NCBI GenBank assembly: GCA_903813345.2
Contig: CAIIXF020000001.1
Location: 11,718,001 to 11,782,000 of the forward strand
DNA length: 64,000 nucleotides
Origin: Owenia fusiformis
Lineage: Eukaryota
Reading direction: 5' to 3'
In this document: in pieces, positions 25,531-39,632 of the stretch
How the letters are laid out: every line of letters begins with the position of its first letter
Position numbering within the stretch: the stretch's first letter is position 1
Notes under the pieces: generated by a model
What the model saw: the letters and a program-made list of their open reading frames with translations, nothing else
Databases searched by the model: none
Told to the model about the DNA's origin: nothing
Program-made: the position numbers and the translations under genes

Positions 25531-28500
25531 ATGGGGAAAACTAAAGGACCAAACAAGAAACGCGGTCAAAAAACTAAAAAATCACCCAAATTTAATAAAA
25601 ATAAAAAAGTAAATCAGGGATTTTCCCAGTCTACAAGTACTGGAGCAAATCATGGATCTCAAGAAAAGGTAAATTTTATTTAATTCGTTAGATAATCTAT
25701 ATATTATGTTGATTTACATAGCTCTACTTTATCTTATTCTGAGCTGCATACAGATGGCAGAATTTTTCTAAGAAAATACATCCTAAAGAAATACAATTAT
25801 TTAGGATGTATTTCATAAGAAAAATTCTGCTATCTGTGGAGCTGCACCATGGTGACGGTCTGACGATGATCATGAAACCTGATTTGTTTTCTTAATCTCT
25901 ATGCTACCTCTGATGCATATGCGTACAACTGCAGCAACTGTGTACTGCAACTGTGTACCAGCGGGTGTTTTGTGTACCGTGTTATTTACTCCTTAGAGTG
26001 CAATTTTTTGTACATTGTATTGTGAGGAACATGCCAAATTGTATAAGAGGCATGTGTTATTTATTATTTTATAACTTTACCATATTTTTGTAAGCCACTT
26101 CATTATTTTATAAGTTAAATCTTCAATAGGCTAAATGCACAGGATTATGTGTGCACTATTTTTGTAGAATAGAATAGAATTAATGTGTATGTATGATCAT
26201 AGAATGCAATTACGGCGACATCTATCTTACAGTGCATAAAATAATAGCACATCGAATAGAATGAAATATGTGTGTAGGATCATAGAATGCAGAACAGGCG
26301 ACATCGATTTTATAGTGCCTAAAATAAAAGGCAAAAACTTAGAGTACAAAAAAGTTACACAAATCAATTTTCTATAGTATTTTTGTTTAATTTTTTACTG
26401 AATAAATACTGTATCCTCATTTCTGATTTGCGAACCCACCATTTCCCATTGGTTTACATGGGAACGACGAGTTTCAAAAATTCATCAAATTTATCATGAA
26501 TTTTCAACCTATAGTAATTGAGGAAAAAATTGGAAAAATTTGATGGCATTGGAAATGTGGCCAAGTTAAGTTTTCAGCAATAAAACAAGTATTTTCATGG
26601 CAGGTTAAGAAAATAAAAATTCAAATATAAATTGGCTTTAACATGTAGTTCAATGAGGGAGCTAAGGTTGCCAAACTTATGGAGGGGAGTGTAAGTAAAA
26701 TATAAATATATTTTATAAGTGTTATTCATTGTGTGTGATAATTATCAAATATAACATAACTAATCTATAAAGATGTTTGTAAATGTTAGGCCTATTCATT
26801 GTGTTAAATTTTAAATGGGAGACTGTTTGATTAAATTGACACCCCCCCCCCCCCCAAATAAAAATAAAAAAATTAAGAAAATATATGACATTTATGTTCA
26901 TTATAATTGAGTTTGCTTTCCACTTACTGCACACCACTGGCTAATGGCAATGGACCCCCGCCATGATACTACATATGCCCATTTAATTCAAGCAAAGCAG
27001 TTTAAATACTAGTACATAACCGGATTACATAACAACATTAACAGATTAACCAATTAACCAATACAAAATATAAAATGAAGGAGATAATAGATTGGTTTAA
27101 AAGGCTTTTTATTTGAAGCTTCTCTCTTTAAATATTCTGTACTATTCCAGATAATCAATTTATTTAACATGACTTTCAATAAGGCAGTAATGGCATTTAT
27201 TTAAATTCTTTGAAAGGACTTGTATTTTATGCATTAAGTGGCATATTTTGCAAGTAGGAGGAGTCTATGTTAGTCGTTTTGATCATATGAATTGTAATTT
27301 TTTATGATACACACAAAATGTGCCTTTAAAATTGCACTTTAAGGAGTAAATAATACGGTACACAAAACACCCGCCGGTACACAAAACACCCGCGGGCGTT
27401 TCGTGTACCGAACAGTGGCTGCAGTTGTACCCACCTCCTCTGATGGACGATTGATATTCTTCAAAAGAAATATAATCAACATTCATTGATCTCCGTATGT
27501 AATGTTAGTTCATATATTCAACTATGCCATTATTATCTCTTTGGAGCCAGTTAGAGCATTTTTATCACCGCATTTGATTGTTGCCATATTCTGCCGTTAT
27601 GAAGTCATGTCAAGGTAGTGTTGTGAATACAAAATTCAAAGACAAATGGCTGCCATTTTTCATTTAGAATTTGAATCACTGGTTTTGGCCTTACTTTTAA
27701 AAGATTGCAAAACAGACTAGAAGTGATCAATATATTAGTTCAAGTCTTTTGGATTGCCATTTTGAATTTACAACCAGTTATTTAGATTAAACTTGGATGA
27801 TAGCATGCAATATCTCACAAAGGACAGTGTTTACTTGATAAGGTCAGGGTGCACTTTGAATTTTTTTTGCAATTTTGAAAAGTAAGCCACTGAATATTCT
27901 AGTTATTCAAACATTCTGAAGAATTATCAACCCTCAATTAATAGTCGAGGTACACTAATGCATCTTTTGTGCAAGAATGAAAGATGTAGATGGTGTGTGG
28001 AATGAGTTGTGTTTATCTGAAAATAGCACATGGTCATGACATTTCATCAAAGTGCACCCTGATCTTAAATTCTAATTGATAAAATATTCTAATTTAGATT
28101 TTCAAAGTAACATCTAAATTTATTTTTCTCCCGAATAAACTTTTCCATCAGTGCACGATGGTCCACATGAGATGTCTTCTAGCCAAGTAAATTGGCTGGA
28201 GACTCGAGTAACCTCTAATATACTCCCTCTAGCCTTTCCAATACAAGGCTGTTTGCTTCCATGGTGTAACATGTTTCTGAAAAGTGAGAATATCTGGTCA
28301 ACAAAATCAGAATTGATTCTAAGTGGCGGAATGCAAGAGAGAACGGCATTTGAATGAGATAAAACTTAACATTTTTTTTTTTTTTGATCCACAGTCATTA
28401 ACAAACATTTCATTCCAATAGGCTAATGGGACTTTTTAGTATAATCCATTACAATATTAGTAACAAAGAGGGTGGTGGTATTTGCTCAATGAATTGGGAG

Positions 28501-31500
28501 GACACAACCATTTTTTAATGGTCACTACTTTTCAGGATTCGCATGACAATGCAGCAGACTCAGATGAGGAATTTGCCAATGACACTCGTAAAATGGTTGC
28601 TCAACAGAACAGGAAGAAGAAAAAATCTGGTGGATTCCAGGCTATGGGTATGTGATATAGTGTATCTGTGATTAATTCAACAGCTAGGGCATTTTGCCTC
28701 TTCTAATATTTAAGTCTACTGTATTACCTTCTCAGACTCCTTAGCAGGTGTACAAAATCTGTTCCTCCATCTTTCATTGTCTTTGCTAAGAAAGTATTCT
28801 GGATCTTGAGACCCTGATAACAGGATGTACTTTCCGTATGCACATATTTCTTCAAATGCGGGGTTGTTCAGTTGTTGAGACGGGAAGAGAGTGAAAATAT
28901 TTCAATCAATCGGAAATATGTACCCCACATTTTTCTTATAGACAGCTGTGTAATATGGATTAAACCCAAGTAAAGGTTTGCAAGTACAATTGTTTTCTGA
29001 AATGAGAAACACTTATTTGATTTATATGATATTGTATTATTAATCATTGTTTTCAGGCCTATCGCATGCAGTTTTCAAAGGTATCACAAGAACAGGATAT
29101 AAGATACCAACTCCTATACAAAGAAAAGTAAGTTGATCATGTATTCCATTGCATAAAACCTCTTATGGGTACACCACACTGAATGCTTGATTACTGGTCG
29201 AGCAGGTTAGCTTTTTGTTCATTGTATAATGGCCCATTTCATAATCTTATACAATACATTGATACAAACACAACAGTCGAGTGCATAGTAGAACTTTATA
29301 ACTGCACTGAAACCTGTCTAATACAACACCATTGTTACCAACAAAAAGTGGCAATTCTCATATTTCCAGTTCTTCTAGAATGGAAGTCTACGGCAGGTTA
29401 AAAATGAGACAAAAAATGAAGCATTCACCTTGAGAAATGTTCAGATTAGACAGGTGTTTGAATACTATAATTTTGAATAAAACAAACACCCATGCACTTT
29501 CAGACAATTCCACTTATACTAGAGGGTAAGGATGTGGTTGCTATGGCAAGAACAGGGAGTGGAAAGACAGCTGCTTTCCTTCTGCCAATGTTTGAGAAAC
29601 TAAAACAACACAGCGCAAAATCTGGAGCCCGTGCCATTATCATGTCTCCTACGAGAGAGCTGGCTCTGCAGACTCTTAAATTTACAAAAGAGGTAATTTA
29701 GGTTCCAGACTGTATTGATCATTTTCTGATCAGTATTACTACATGTATTTTTTATCTATATATTTATACATATACTGTACGTACTGTTTATGGGTAGGTC
29801 CTTATAAAGGTGCCTTAATTATATTGTAAATATGTTTTAGATTCTGTCACTCAGGATAACAAACAGTACTGTGTCTTCAACAGTATTTAATTCAAAATAG
29901 TATAATGGAAAAGCAGTGAAATCCAAATACAATATCAAAGATTCAGATGTTATAGCACATTGTGCATGAACGCATTGTACATTTTAGTCTCACTGATTCT
30001 GATTTTCAGTTGGGGAGATTTTCTGGTCTACGTGCAGCTGTAATACTTGGTGGTGATAGAATGGAAGACCAATTCACTGCTCTGCATGAGAACCCTGACA
30101 TGTAAGTAATGAGTGTGATGTCACTTCAAATGATCAAATGATATCTGGGCATGCCTACTCAATTTTTTTTGTTTCTAAAATGTAATTGATATACATGTGC
30201 ATAGTATATACTGTTTATTGAACAGTATATGTTAAAGTGTTAAAGGGTGTGCTTTGTGTTTACTCCAAGGCTGTTATAAGCTTTTCAAAAAGAAAAAGTA
30301 AACTTTCTTACACAATTGTCACTAGCAACACTCAACATCTTTATACAACCCCCCTCCCCTCCCTAGAAAAAGCTGAAAATAAAAAGTAAAACAGTATGTT
30401 GATAAGGATAAGAGGTATTGAATGTACTGCAGTGTATGTATATTGCTTATTAACATCTTGTTTTTCAATTTCAGTATCATAGCAACACCAGGTCGATTCA
30501 TGCATGTAGTAGTTGAGATGGACCTTAAACTACATGAGGTTGAGTACATAGTCTTTGATGAGGCAGATAGGTGAGCTCAAATTATGAAGTTTTCCTTAAT
30601 TTCTTGATTTCAGTGTGTCAGGAAAATGTAGTTATCATTAGACTTAACAATTATTGAAATCTTCCTGTGTGGTACATTTCCATCGTTAATATTTTCCGAC
30701 ATAAATGACTTCCATTTCCATTCACATCTTGACTTTTTCAATAACTTGGGATTTTTATGAACAGGTTATTTGAAATGGGTTTCCAAGAACAGTTGAAAGA
30801 GATAATAGCTAGGTTGCCAGAATCTCGCCAGACTTTACTGTTCTCTGCTACCCTTCCTAAACTTATGGTAGAGTTTGCAAGGGCTGGACTACACAATCCC
30901 ACCCTCATTAGGCTGGATGTTGACACAAAACTGAGTGAACAACTAAAAGTAAGTAGACCCCATGCTCACAAGGTGAAGTATTGCAATCAGACACTGTCCC
31001 ATTTGCCTAATGATTTGTCTATTTATCTTTTTGAGCAATAACTTGAATTATTGCAAGGATTTGCATTAGACTTTTTCTTGAATATTCTTATTTGTTTGTA
31101 CTATTTTTGTTATTTCTTATTTGTTGAGCAGTTACCAAGAATCTATTATTATGGCAATATATTTACAGTAATAAGCAGAAAATAAATATTTTTTCATTAT
31201 AGATGTCCTTTTTGCAATGTCGGAATGATGATAAAGCATCTGCCCTTCTTTACCTATTGAAGAATGTCCTGAAACCAAAACAGCAGACTGTAGTCTTTGT
31301 GGCCACAAAGCATCACGTAGAGTACCTCCAGGCCGTAAGTTCACATTTACCTTAAGCCACATACATACCTCTATTAGACTAAGTCAAGATGACTTGACAC
31401 TTGCTCAAAGTTCAAAATGTCACAAAAAGTTATTTCTTCACTGAACTTCTACATTAATCAATCTATTCTTAACATTATGTAATAATCATAAGTTGCCCCT

Positions 31501-34500
31501 ATATATCCATCCCCAGTCCAATGCTTCTCTAAACAAAACATAAATGTGGGGACCAGTTGACTTAGGAAGGCTCAGGATAATTAAACTGAGTCCCTCAGAA
31601 ACATTTCAATTTATCATGGAAAATTATTGAATAAATAGAACAAATGTTATAATGTTTCAATCTGGAATACAACATTCTATTCTTTACATGTGAAATTATG
31701 ATTTTGAATATCATATTAATCATAATTACAAAAAGAGGTTAAAAAGGTCATTCCCCGTTTGGGATTGTATCGATATGAGGGTCATCCTTGTGGATAATAT
31801 GATGTCTTTCTTTGATCAGCCAAGTTCCTCATGAATAGATGAACAATCAGGATGAACCCAATTAATATACACTCTCTCCATAGGAACATATGCAGTAAAA
31901 TTGAACACCTATGAAACTACAAAAAAAGTGTTCACTGTAGGAAGGTGTTCACTACAGAGAGGGGATTTTATACAGTCAATGTAAAGTGTGTCTTGAAGTG
32001 GTGTTCACTAAACTCAGGTGTTCACCAGAGTAAAGTGTTCAGTAAGATGGTTTTATTTTGATTTTATTTATATCGATATATTGATTTCTTTTCAGTTACT
32101 TGAAGCATCTGATATAAAGTGCTCATACACATACAGTTCACTGGACCAGACTGCGAGAAAAATAAATGTTGCAAAATTCACAAATAAGAAGACATCAGTG
32201 ATGTTAGTTACAGATCTTGCTGCTAGAGGAATAGATATCCCCATGTTAGATTGTGTCATCAATTATAACTTTCCTGCAAAACCTAAGCTATTTGTTCATA
32301 GAGTCGGTAAGTGTTACTGAGTTCAGAATAACTCCTGGTCCAGAGCTCCTGAACCTGGTCCAGTGTTTCTTTTGGTTTGGACTAGCTTACCTTTAAATCA
32401 TGTATAGGAAAATAACATAACAACTGCTCCATAGTTCATATTTCACCAGCATTTCTAAAATCCATATGACACACCCTGTTTTACATTGTCAATCTGATGC
32501 TGAGATGTTCAATTATAAATGGATTGAAGTCAAATTCTTCGTGAATTGTTATGGCTGCAATCTATTGATTTTATTTCAATGGTTTGATACATTTGGTTTA
32601 AAATACTTAACTTATTGTTGGAAGATTGATTGTACAATGGTTGAAATTATGATTGATTTTTTATAGCATGACATTACTAACACATATGTTTGGTATTGCA
32701 TCCTAGGTCGTGTTGCAAGAGCTGGCCAGTCTGGTATAGCCTACTCACTTGTCTCTATAGATGAACTGGCCTATGTGATAGACCTACATCTGTTTTTAGG
32801 CAGGCCAATGAAAGTCACTACACCCGCAAAACCACTGAAAGGTACGTATATCAGTTAACATTCCATCAATGAGTAAATATACATAAATGTTGTTCCCATC
32901 ATTCCATCAATGACTAAATACATGTAAATGTAGTTTCATTTTTTTGCAAATATCCATACTTATTACTTAACTAACAAAATATTTAAATAAATCCCTCACC
33001 TGTTACAGGGTTGGTCAAAAATGTTATCCATTCTGATTGTACACTACTATAGTAAAGTACCATTTTAGGCTCACCCTGTATAAGACACAAAATTATCAAA
33101 CCAATAAGTGATTGATTTCTGTTTTTAATGATAATACTTTAAAATAATAGATAAAATATAATGTGTTCTCAACCTCACATAATTTTGCAAGAAATGTAAT
33201 AGATATGCCAATTATTATGAAATTGCCAAACCATTCACATGAACATTTTTGACAGTACTCTTTTATGACTCTTTGATGTATCTATTTGTGATTCAGATGA
33301 AGATGGAGTCTATGGGATGATGCCACAGGTGACACTTGATGAACACCAAGAGAAGATTACTCAGATAACCAGCACATCAGTAGATCTGGTAAGTAAAGTA
33401 CATGTACTTGGTAAAAAAGCTCATTTTAATCTAATCAATCTATCCCGTAGCTCAGTGGTAGAGCATTTGTCTTGGAAGTAAGGGATCATGGGTTCAATCC
33501 CCATTGGGGTGGACTGACTTTTTCCCATCAGCCCTTTAAACTTAGGATTTCATCCTTGATTTTTATTAATCACAATCAAGAAATGTCAATAACTAGTGAG
33601 AAATGATTCCGATTTATGCTTTAATGATTATAAATGATTTAATGGTCGAGAAAAATATGACCAACTAGTGTTTTTTTAAAGAAGTGTATGGAAATACAGA
33701 TTTTACTGTATATATTTAAAAGGTTTCTAAAGCTAAGTTCACACAACGGCGCTTTGATGACGCTTTCAAGTGGCACGCAAAGCCGCATTGCACGGCGCTT
33801 TAAAGCGCCATCAAAGTGCCATTGGTGTGAACTTAGCTTTAGCCAACACTTGGTTTTCTTTTAGAAAAACCTAAAGCAAGTGTCAGAGAATGGTTACAAA
33901 CAGTACTTGAGATCCCGACCAGCAGCTGCCTCAGAGTCCATCAAACGCACAAAGGAAATGCAAGCTTTAGCACTTGGTCAGCACCCTATGTTTGGTGCGT
34001 TGTTTTTATTTACCTACTGATATACTTTAACCTCTTGACTACCCAGAGGGACCTAAGAGCTGACCTTGAAACCCAGATTGACAAGATAATCTGTCACAAA
34101 ATGTTTCATTAAAATTGCTCTAATTTGAACAAATTCCATCCAATTTACACAAAATAACTTTTGAAATGTGTAGAAATGATCTCTGGCGACTTATTTCATT
34201 AATTTGAGCATCACGTGTTGTATTATGTATGTAGTAAAATATCAAAAGCTGGCAAAAATGAAAAATTCTCTGGTTTCACACAAATGTTAAAGCCTGGGAT
34301 TTAAGAGGTTAAAACCCAATTGTGTAGCAACACCTTTGTCACTAAGAATGAAATCATTGTTGTGTTCATAGTTGGTATTTGTTGAGATATGAAACTAAAA
34401 TATTTTATATCAATTATTCAGTAAGCAGTAGGCCTAGAGAGATATTTTCAAATTTGGGTATGTGCAACTGAATCTTTAACATAAATGCAATTAAAATATT

Positions 34501-37500
34501 GAAATGCTCAATCAAATTGTTTGTTTGTTCGTTCAACATTTGATTTAATTTATTTACATTTTTAGTATTTTTGATCATTGTGTCTATTACAGGTTCAAAT
34601 GTCCTTGAGGATGCCAGATCTGACTTGCTACACAAGATGAAATCATACAAACCAAATACTGTAAGCTTCCTAGAATTTCATACATTGATTCATGTTGTAC
34701 TTATACATACTTATACTTTAGAAGCCAAATATATGTATTGATTGATTGATTTTTAACTTATTCCTGCATACTCATTACTCATTTCATGAACATGTACATA
34801 CATCATCTAATCTTAGAATGGGTCATCATTTCTTATCCTTTATTATTTTATTCCTATATAAATCAGTTAAAAATCTCATTGTGGTGCAATGAAATTAGCG
34901 ATTGTTTCAGTTGATTATTTAAAAATTATCTAAATTTTCAGACAATATTTGAAATCAACTCAACCACAAAAAGTACAGCCTTGTCTGTCATGCAGACAAA
35001 GCGGAGGAAACACACCAATGTGATTGGTCGAAATGCACTGAAGGTATCAGACAGAGAAGCAAAGTTCTTAGAGGCTGTTCCTGATGGGACAACATGTACC
35101 TCCAGTGTGCTGGATGATGCTGATATTGAGGTATCATTTCGCACACATCAGTTTTTTTCATTTCATGTATGATTTGTTGTCATATTCTTCTATGCTGTGT
35201 GCTTGATCCTAATTTTACCCGTTATTGTCAAAATCTCTCGATATTTCACCTTTTTGGCCAGCAGGGTACAAACAGATTTTCAACGGGGTGGCATGTAATT
35301 TTCAAATTTTGTATAAGGTGAAGCACATGGTTGCTCTAATGCTAATGAGAGCACTGCATATTGATGGAAAGGAAAAGCTAGATTTCGGCAAAAAGTTGCA
35401 TTCTCTCAGCTTTCAACAAGAAAACATCTAATATGTAATGCTAACACCCCAGTCACATTTCCTACATTTCTGTGGCCAGTAACATTTCTACGCTCGCCGT
35501 GGAATTTCTGCGCTCTCATACTTTTGTCACATTTCCCACGGCAGCCGCACGGTGAATTTAAAATTTCTGTTGATAAATAATACTTTTTTTCATTTTATTT
35601 ACATCGGGACAATTTATAAATGTTATTCATAGTGCTAGGATGTAATATCAAATGAAAAGTGATCGTGAAACATTGACAAATAATGATTCACTCTTGTTGA
35701 GCCAGTTGATTTCTACGGGGACCTCAGAAATGAACAAATATTATAACTCCGAGTTATAATTTTCTACGGCGACCCTGCGGCCTGTAATAAACTGGATACG
35801 CCGTACAGAGGCCGCAAGGCGAGCGTAGTTTTCCTACGCTCGCCGCAGAAAAACACTGATTTAATTGATCTGCGGTCGACGCACGGCCTCCGTATGACAA
35901 ATGTGACTGGGGTGTAAGCAACTAGCCTACTGGAAACAATCCTCAATGATGCGAGAGTGTATAAAATGACTGTGTATATGATAATATTATGTCACCTCCA
36001 AAAGAAGTGATATATTGTTATTATAAGTATCCAACATTATTGTGGTTGGGCTTCGGTGGTTGGCATTCATAGTACAGCATCTGTAACAATTTGTGTTTGG
36101 TGTTTGTAAAGATTTACAATAACTTACAAGGTGGTGACATTTTGTCATGTTAATGCCATTGTTTAATTCTAGGGTGCATTCTCCAACATTGTGGCCCCTA
36201 AGAGATACAACAATGATGGGGACAGTAGTACTCAGCCACCACACAAAAAGAAGAAGCAACAACTAGGAAAAGATGAGGAATATTATATATCTTATAAACC
36301 AAAAGATTATCAGTCTGAGAAGGGGTAGGACATAATTTTTTAAAGTAGAATGTTGTTTCATTTTCATAAATATTCATGTTTATTATCAGCAATCTTTAGA
36401 TGGAATGTGTAGTACAAAACTAAAGCTAAACAAGTTGAATCACAAATGTACTGATAGATATCTTGATATATTGATAGATTATATATGAAAAATATTATTA
36501 TGATATCAGTTTAAATTATCAAATTATTCTAAGTTGTCAGAATATTTATTAATGAAAACATTGTGGACAGATAAATCTTAGGGTAGTTTCTAGAATACAT
36601 TGTCAATTGTGATTCAATGTTTTACCGTTTTGCCATATATTTAAGCTTCAGTCGCATTTGGTCTCGGTGGCCGTAGGTTCATAAAATCAATATAGAAAAT
36701 CTACATCATACTGCCCATCCCTACATTTTATTCTGCATATTTCTCTCGATTTTGGGAAGCTACAGCTACTGTACAGTTGCTATAGATCAAATTTGACTGA
36801 GGCATAATATTAGTTGCATTGCAAAATTGAGAATTATGATATATGATAGCTGAATACATGTGCTCCAAGGTTAATGTTTGACACTGTCTTTCATGTATGT
36901 TCTAGGCTGACTGTTGGAGCATCTTTTGAACAACAAGCCATGGGTGCAGTACTTGACTTCACTGGTGATGATGATAAAACTAATCGAAAGATCAGTGGCC
37001 AAAAGAAATGGTAAGTTCAGGTCAAAATAGAAAGCCCATGTTAGAATGGGAAACTGATGAGAATAGAAAGACCAGGTCATATGCCATTATGTTATATTAC
37101 ATCATAAATAATCATGGAATATTCATTCTTTTCTGGAATAGCTGAAATGTAAATGCACTGTACTTTTTCCATAAAGGCTACCTCACCTCATCCATCTACA
37201 TTCAAAGTTTATTTCAGGGACGTATTTTTGAAATTAAATAAAATAGATTGCAGCACATGAATTACTCTGTTGTGACAAAGTTGAACCAGAGTTCAAGGTC
37301 ATTTGTTGACATGCATATGAATGACTCTGTTGTGACCAAGTTGAACCAGAGTTCAAGGTCATTTGTTGACATGCATGTTTACCTTTTTTAGGGACCGTAA
37401 GAAAAAGAAATTTGTGAGTGTAGATAGTGGTAACCCCAAGGGAAAGAGGAAAGTGAAAACAGAGAGCGGTCAATGGATCAACGCATCATATAAAACTGAC

Positions 37501-39632
37501 ATGTATCCTTTATTCATCTTTCATTTTCAACTTCCTTTTACCACAGTTCTATTTCATTTTATTCAGTGTGCCCAAGATAGTTATTATGCTTTCATTTTAC
37601 AACACCTGTATTTTAACAATAATTTTTTTTTAAAATTTGTACACAAAGATGAAAATTAATTTACAATCTTTAAGTACAATAATAACACTGAAAAACTAGC
37701 TAGTAACAGACAATTGTAGAAACAACTGATTTGCAATCATAGTTTAATAATAAAAAGGTTGGTTGGCTCCAGATTATATTCTGGATAGAACTTGATATTT
37801 TGGATTTATGAATACATTACCTCACATCTGATTGTTTGTGTTTATATCCACCCTTTTCAGCTGTAACGGAATAAGATCACAGATCCATGTTGCATTGATT
37901 TTCAGTTTTGCAATAAAAAAGTTCTTGAGAATAATGTGCTTTTTAGTGTTCAAGTCACATGAGAGTGATATTCTTATTATACAAATAAAAAAAAATTAAA
38001 ATTAAACCTGGGAGCAGACTTAAGTTTAATGTTGCATTAAGTTAACCTTAACCAGGGGTCAGTTACAAGGATTGGTTGAACAAAAACAAGGTGGAAGAAC
38101 AGGAAGAGGACAGTGACACAGAAACGCAGAAACATGTCAATCCTAACAGACTTTCTGTAGTTGGCTTTAAGAAAAGAGGTAAAAGTTTATTTTTGTACAC
38201 AGGGTGACCCAAAAAAGCAGAACCTTTTTTCAGTGGAACATATTCATGTGTTCTGTTTTTTTAGAGGGGTCACCCTATATTTTAATATACATGGTTTATA
38301 AAATTTACTGTTTTTTTTTATTTTTTATATTTGTCTTCTTTTTATATAAATATTTCTAATAGTCATCTTTAGATGTCAGCATTGTAAATGGTGTTTTAGT
38401 TATGGTAACTCAAGAAGGATTGGCAGCAATTATTCAAACTCGATACCCGGTTGCCTGCAGTGAAACAATTTCTATAATGTTCTCTTTGGACCAAGTATTT
38501 TGTTGAAAGACGGTCATTGGAATATTTTGGTAGTACTCAAGCTTCCTCAGCAGGTTTAGTCTTCAAAATATGAGTAATACTTAAACAGGCAATGCGCCTA
38601 TTTTTGAAGGAAAAAGGACAAAATATTACTCACACAGTCAATCAAATATGATAAAAACTTTTATTTGGGATAATACTGATGTGAAAAAAAAGTACTTGCA
38701 TAGAAAAACAGCATTTGAAGTTCAGAGATTGAAAAAAGTGAATTACCACTTTTCACAAAGTGTATGTTTTAAATATCTCTTGGATTAAAAGATGGCGTAT
38801 GCTTGAAAATACTATCAAAAATGAATGGATAATTAATGCAAACAACAATGCCATCTTTCTATCGCATTGCTAAAAACTTGACATATAAAAATTGATAGAT
38901 CAAAAATATTTTTTCATGATCTAGTGTCAATTCTGATGTGGTCTGTTTGAGCTGTTTTTGGTGTCAAATGAAAGATCAGGTACTTATTTATCCATTGGCA
39001 ATACTATGAAGATTTAAAGTGAGACTTCATTTACGCACCTTATCCCTTTAAGTATAATGTTACCAAATTGGTCTGCGTCGGGCAATGGAGTATCAAGTTT
39101 GAATAATGGCTTCCAATCCTTGTGGTTACTAGAAAATAACCTTAGTGAAGTTCAGGAAGAATGTTAATCTTCAAAGTTAATACACAATGGTAAGGGTTAC
39201 ATAGTTGATTTAATTCCTACATTACATAGCATTTTGACAGAATAAAAGCTTGCAATGAAGAATTTTGAGGTGTAACACAAGAACAAATTCCTTTGTTACA
39301 AAGCTTTTTGTCTTCATAATGAAGAAATTTAATCCTCCTATATAACAAGTACTGATGTATTCATGTGCATTTCATTATACAATGCATTTGTGTGCATTTC
39401 AGGTTTCCATACAAAGGGCTCCAAGAAGCCAGGGGAGGGCAGTGGACCAGCCAAGGGAGGCTTCAGAAATGCCAGATCAGAACTGAAATCTAAAGACCAG
39501 ATATTGAAATCAAGACGTGAGCATGCAAAGAAAGAGAACTTTCAGAAACATAGACAGTTAATAAATCAAAAACGAAGGGGAAAAAATATGGCGGGGAAAG
39601 CTGGCAAGAAAGGAAAGAAAGGACGAAAATGA
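25531..39632 (+). CDS. DDX54: ATP-dependent RNA helicase DDX54 (DBP10), 19 exons, 850 aa. Exons 25531-25668, 28536-28647, 29057-29127, 29504-29692, 30010-30101, 30475-30570, 30765-30948, 31203-31334, 32096-32306, 32707-32841, 33297-33388, 33865-33994, 34593-34660, 34942-35130, 36173-36324, 36906-37010, 37392-37502, 38063-38178, 39403-39632
   Basis: [67 protein letters not shown], and the DBP10 C-terminal motif WDRKKKKFV...[13 protein letters not shown]. Exon lengths sum to 2553 nt in frame. AATAAA at 39655-39660. Confidence 0.95.
25916..27437. mobile_element. Non-autonomous DNA transposon in DDX54 intron 1 (8-bp TSD; hAT- or P-like)
   Basis: ~90-bp imperfect TIRs (GTACAACTGCAGC...GGTGTTTTGTGTACCG...ATTTACTCCTTA) and TSD CTCTGATG at 25908-25915 and 27438-27445. 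Confidence 0.6.
27842..28064. mobile_element. MITE (Kolobok-like, (A/T)TAA flanks)
   Basis: TIR GGTCAGGGTGCACTTTGA / TCAAAGTGCACCCTGATC. Confidence 0.55.
33441..33512 (+). pseudogene. tRNA-like sequence (TGG anticodon), probably a tRNA pseudogene or SINE head, in a DDX54 intron
   Basis: A box TAGCTCAGTGG, B box GGTTCAATCC, intact D and T arms, T5 at 33519-33523. The acceptor and anticodon stems depend on many G:U pairs and the body does not look like canonical tRNA-Pro. Confidence 0.55.
33727..33842. mobile_element. 116-bp palindromic MITE (Harbinger/Tourist-like)
   Basis: CTAAAGCTAAGTTCACAC ... GTGTGAACTTAGCTTTAG plus an inner inverted GCTTTGATG/CATCAAAGT; ends 22 nt before a DDX54 exon. 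Confidence 0.65.
34031..34308. mobile_element. piggyBac-like MITE
   Basis: TTAA|CCTCTT ... AAGAGG|TTAA. Confidence 0.55.
35445..35914. mobile_element. PIF/Harbinger-like MITE
   Basis: TIR CACCCCAGTCACATTT / AAATGTGACTGGGGTG with TAA TSD; subterminal CTACG repeats. Confidence 0.75.
36644..36804. mobile_element. Short Harbinger-like MITE (second copy at ~45510-45672)
   Basis: GC(C/T)TCAGTC(A/G)CATTTG ... CAAAT(A/T)TGACTGAGGC termini; the two copies align along their length. Confidence 0.65.
37503..38062 (+). other. U12-type (minor spliceosome) GT-AG intron in DDX54
   Basis: Donor GTATCCTTT; branch site CCTTAAC at 38046-38052 just upstream of AG at 38061-38062; no polypyrimidine tract; splicing restores YKTDI-YKDWL. 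Confidence 0.9.

Noticed and set aside
25669-39402. Intronic snoRNAs in DDX54
   Set aside because: No convincing C/D or H/ACA box pair with terminal stems was seen by eye; an Infernal/Rfam search would be needed.
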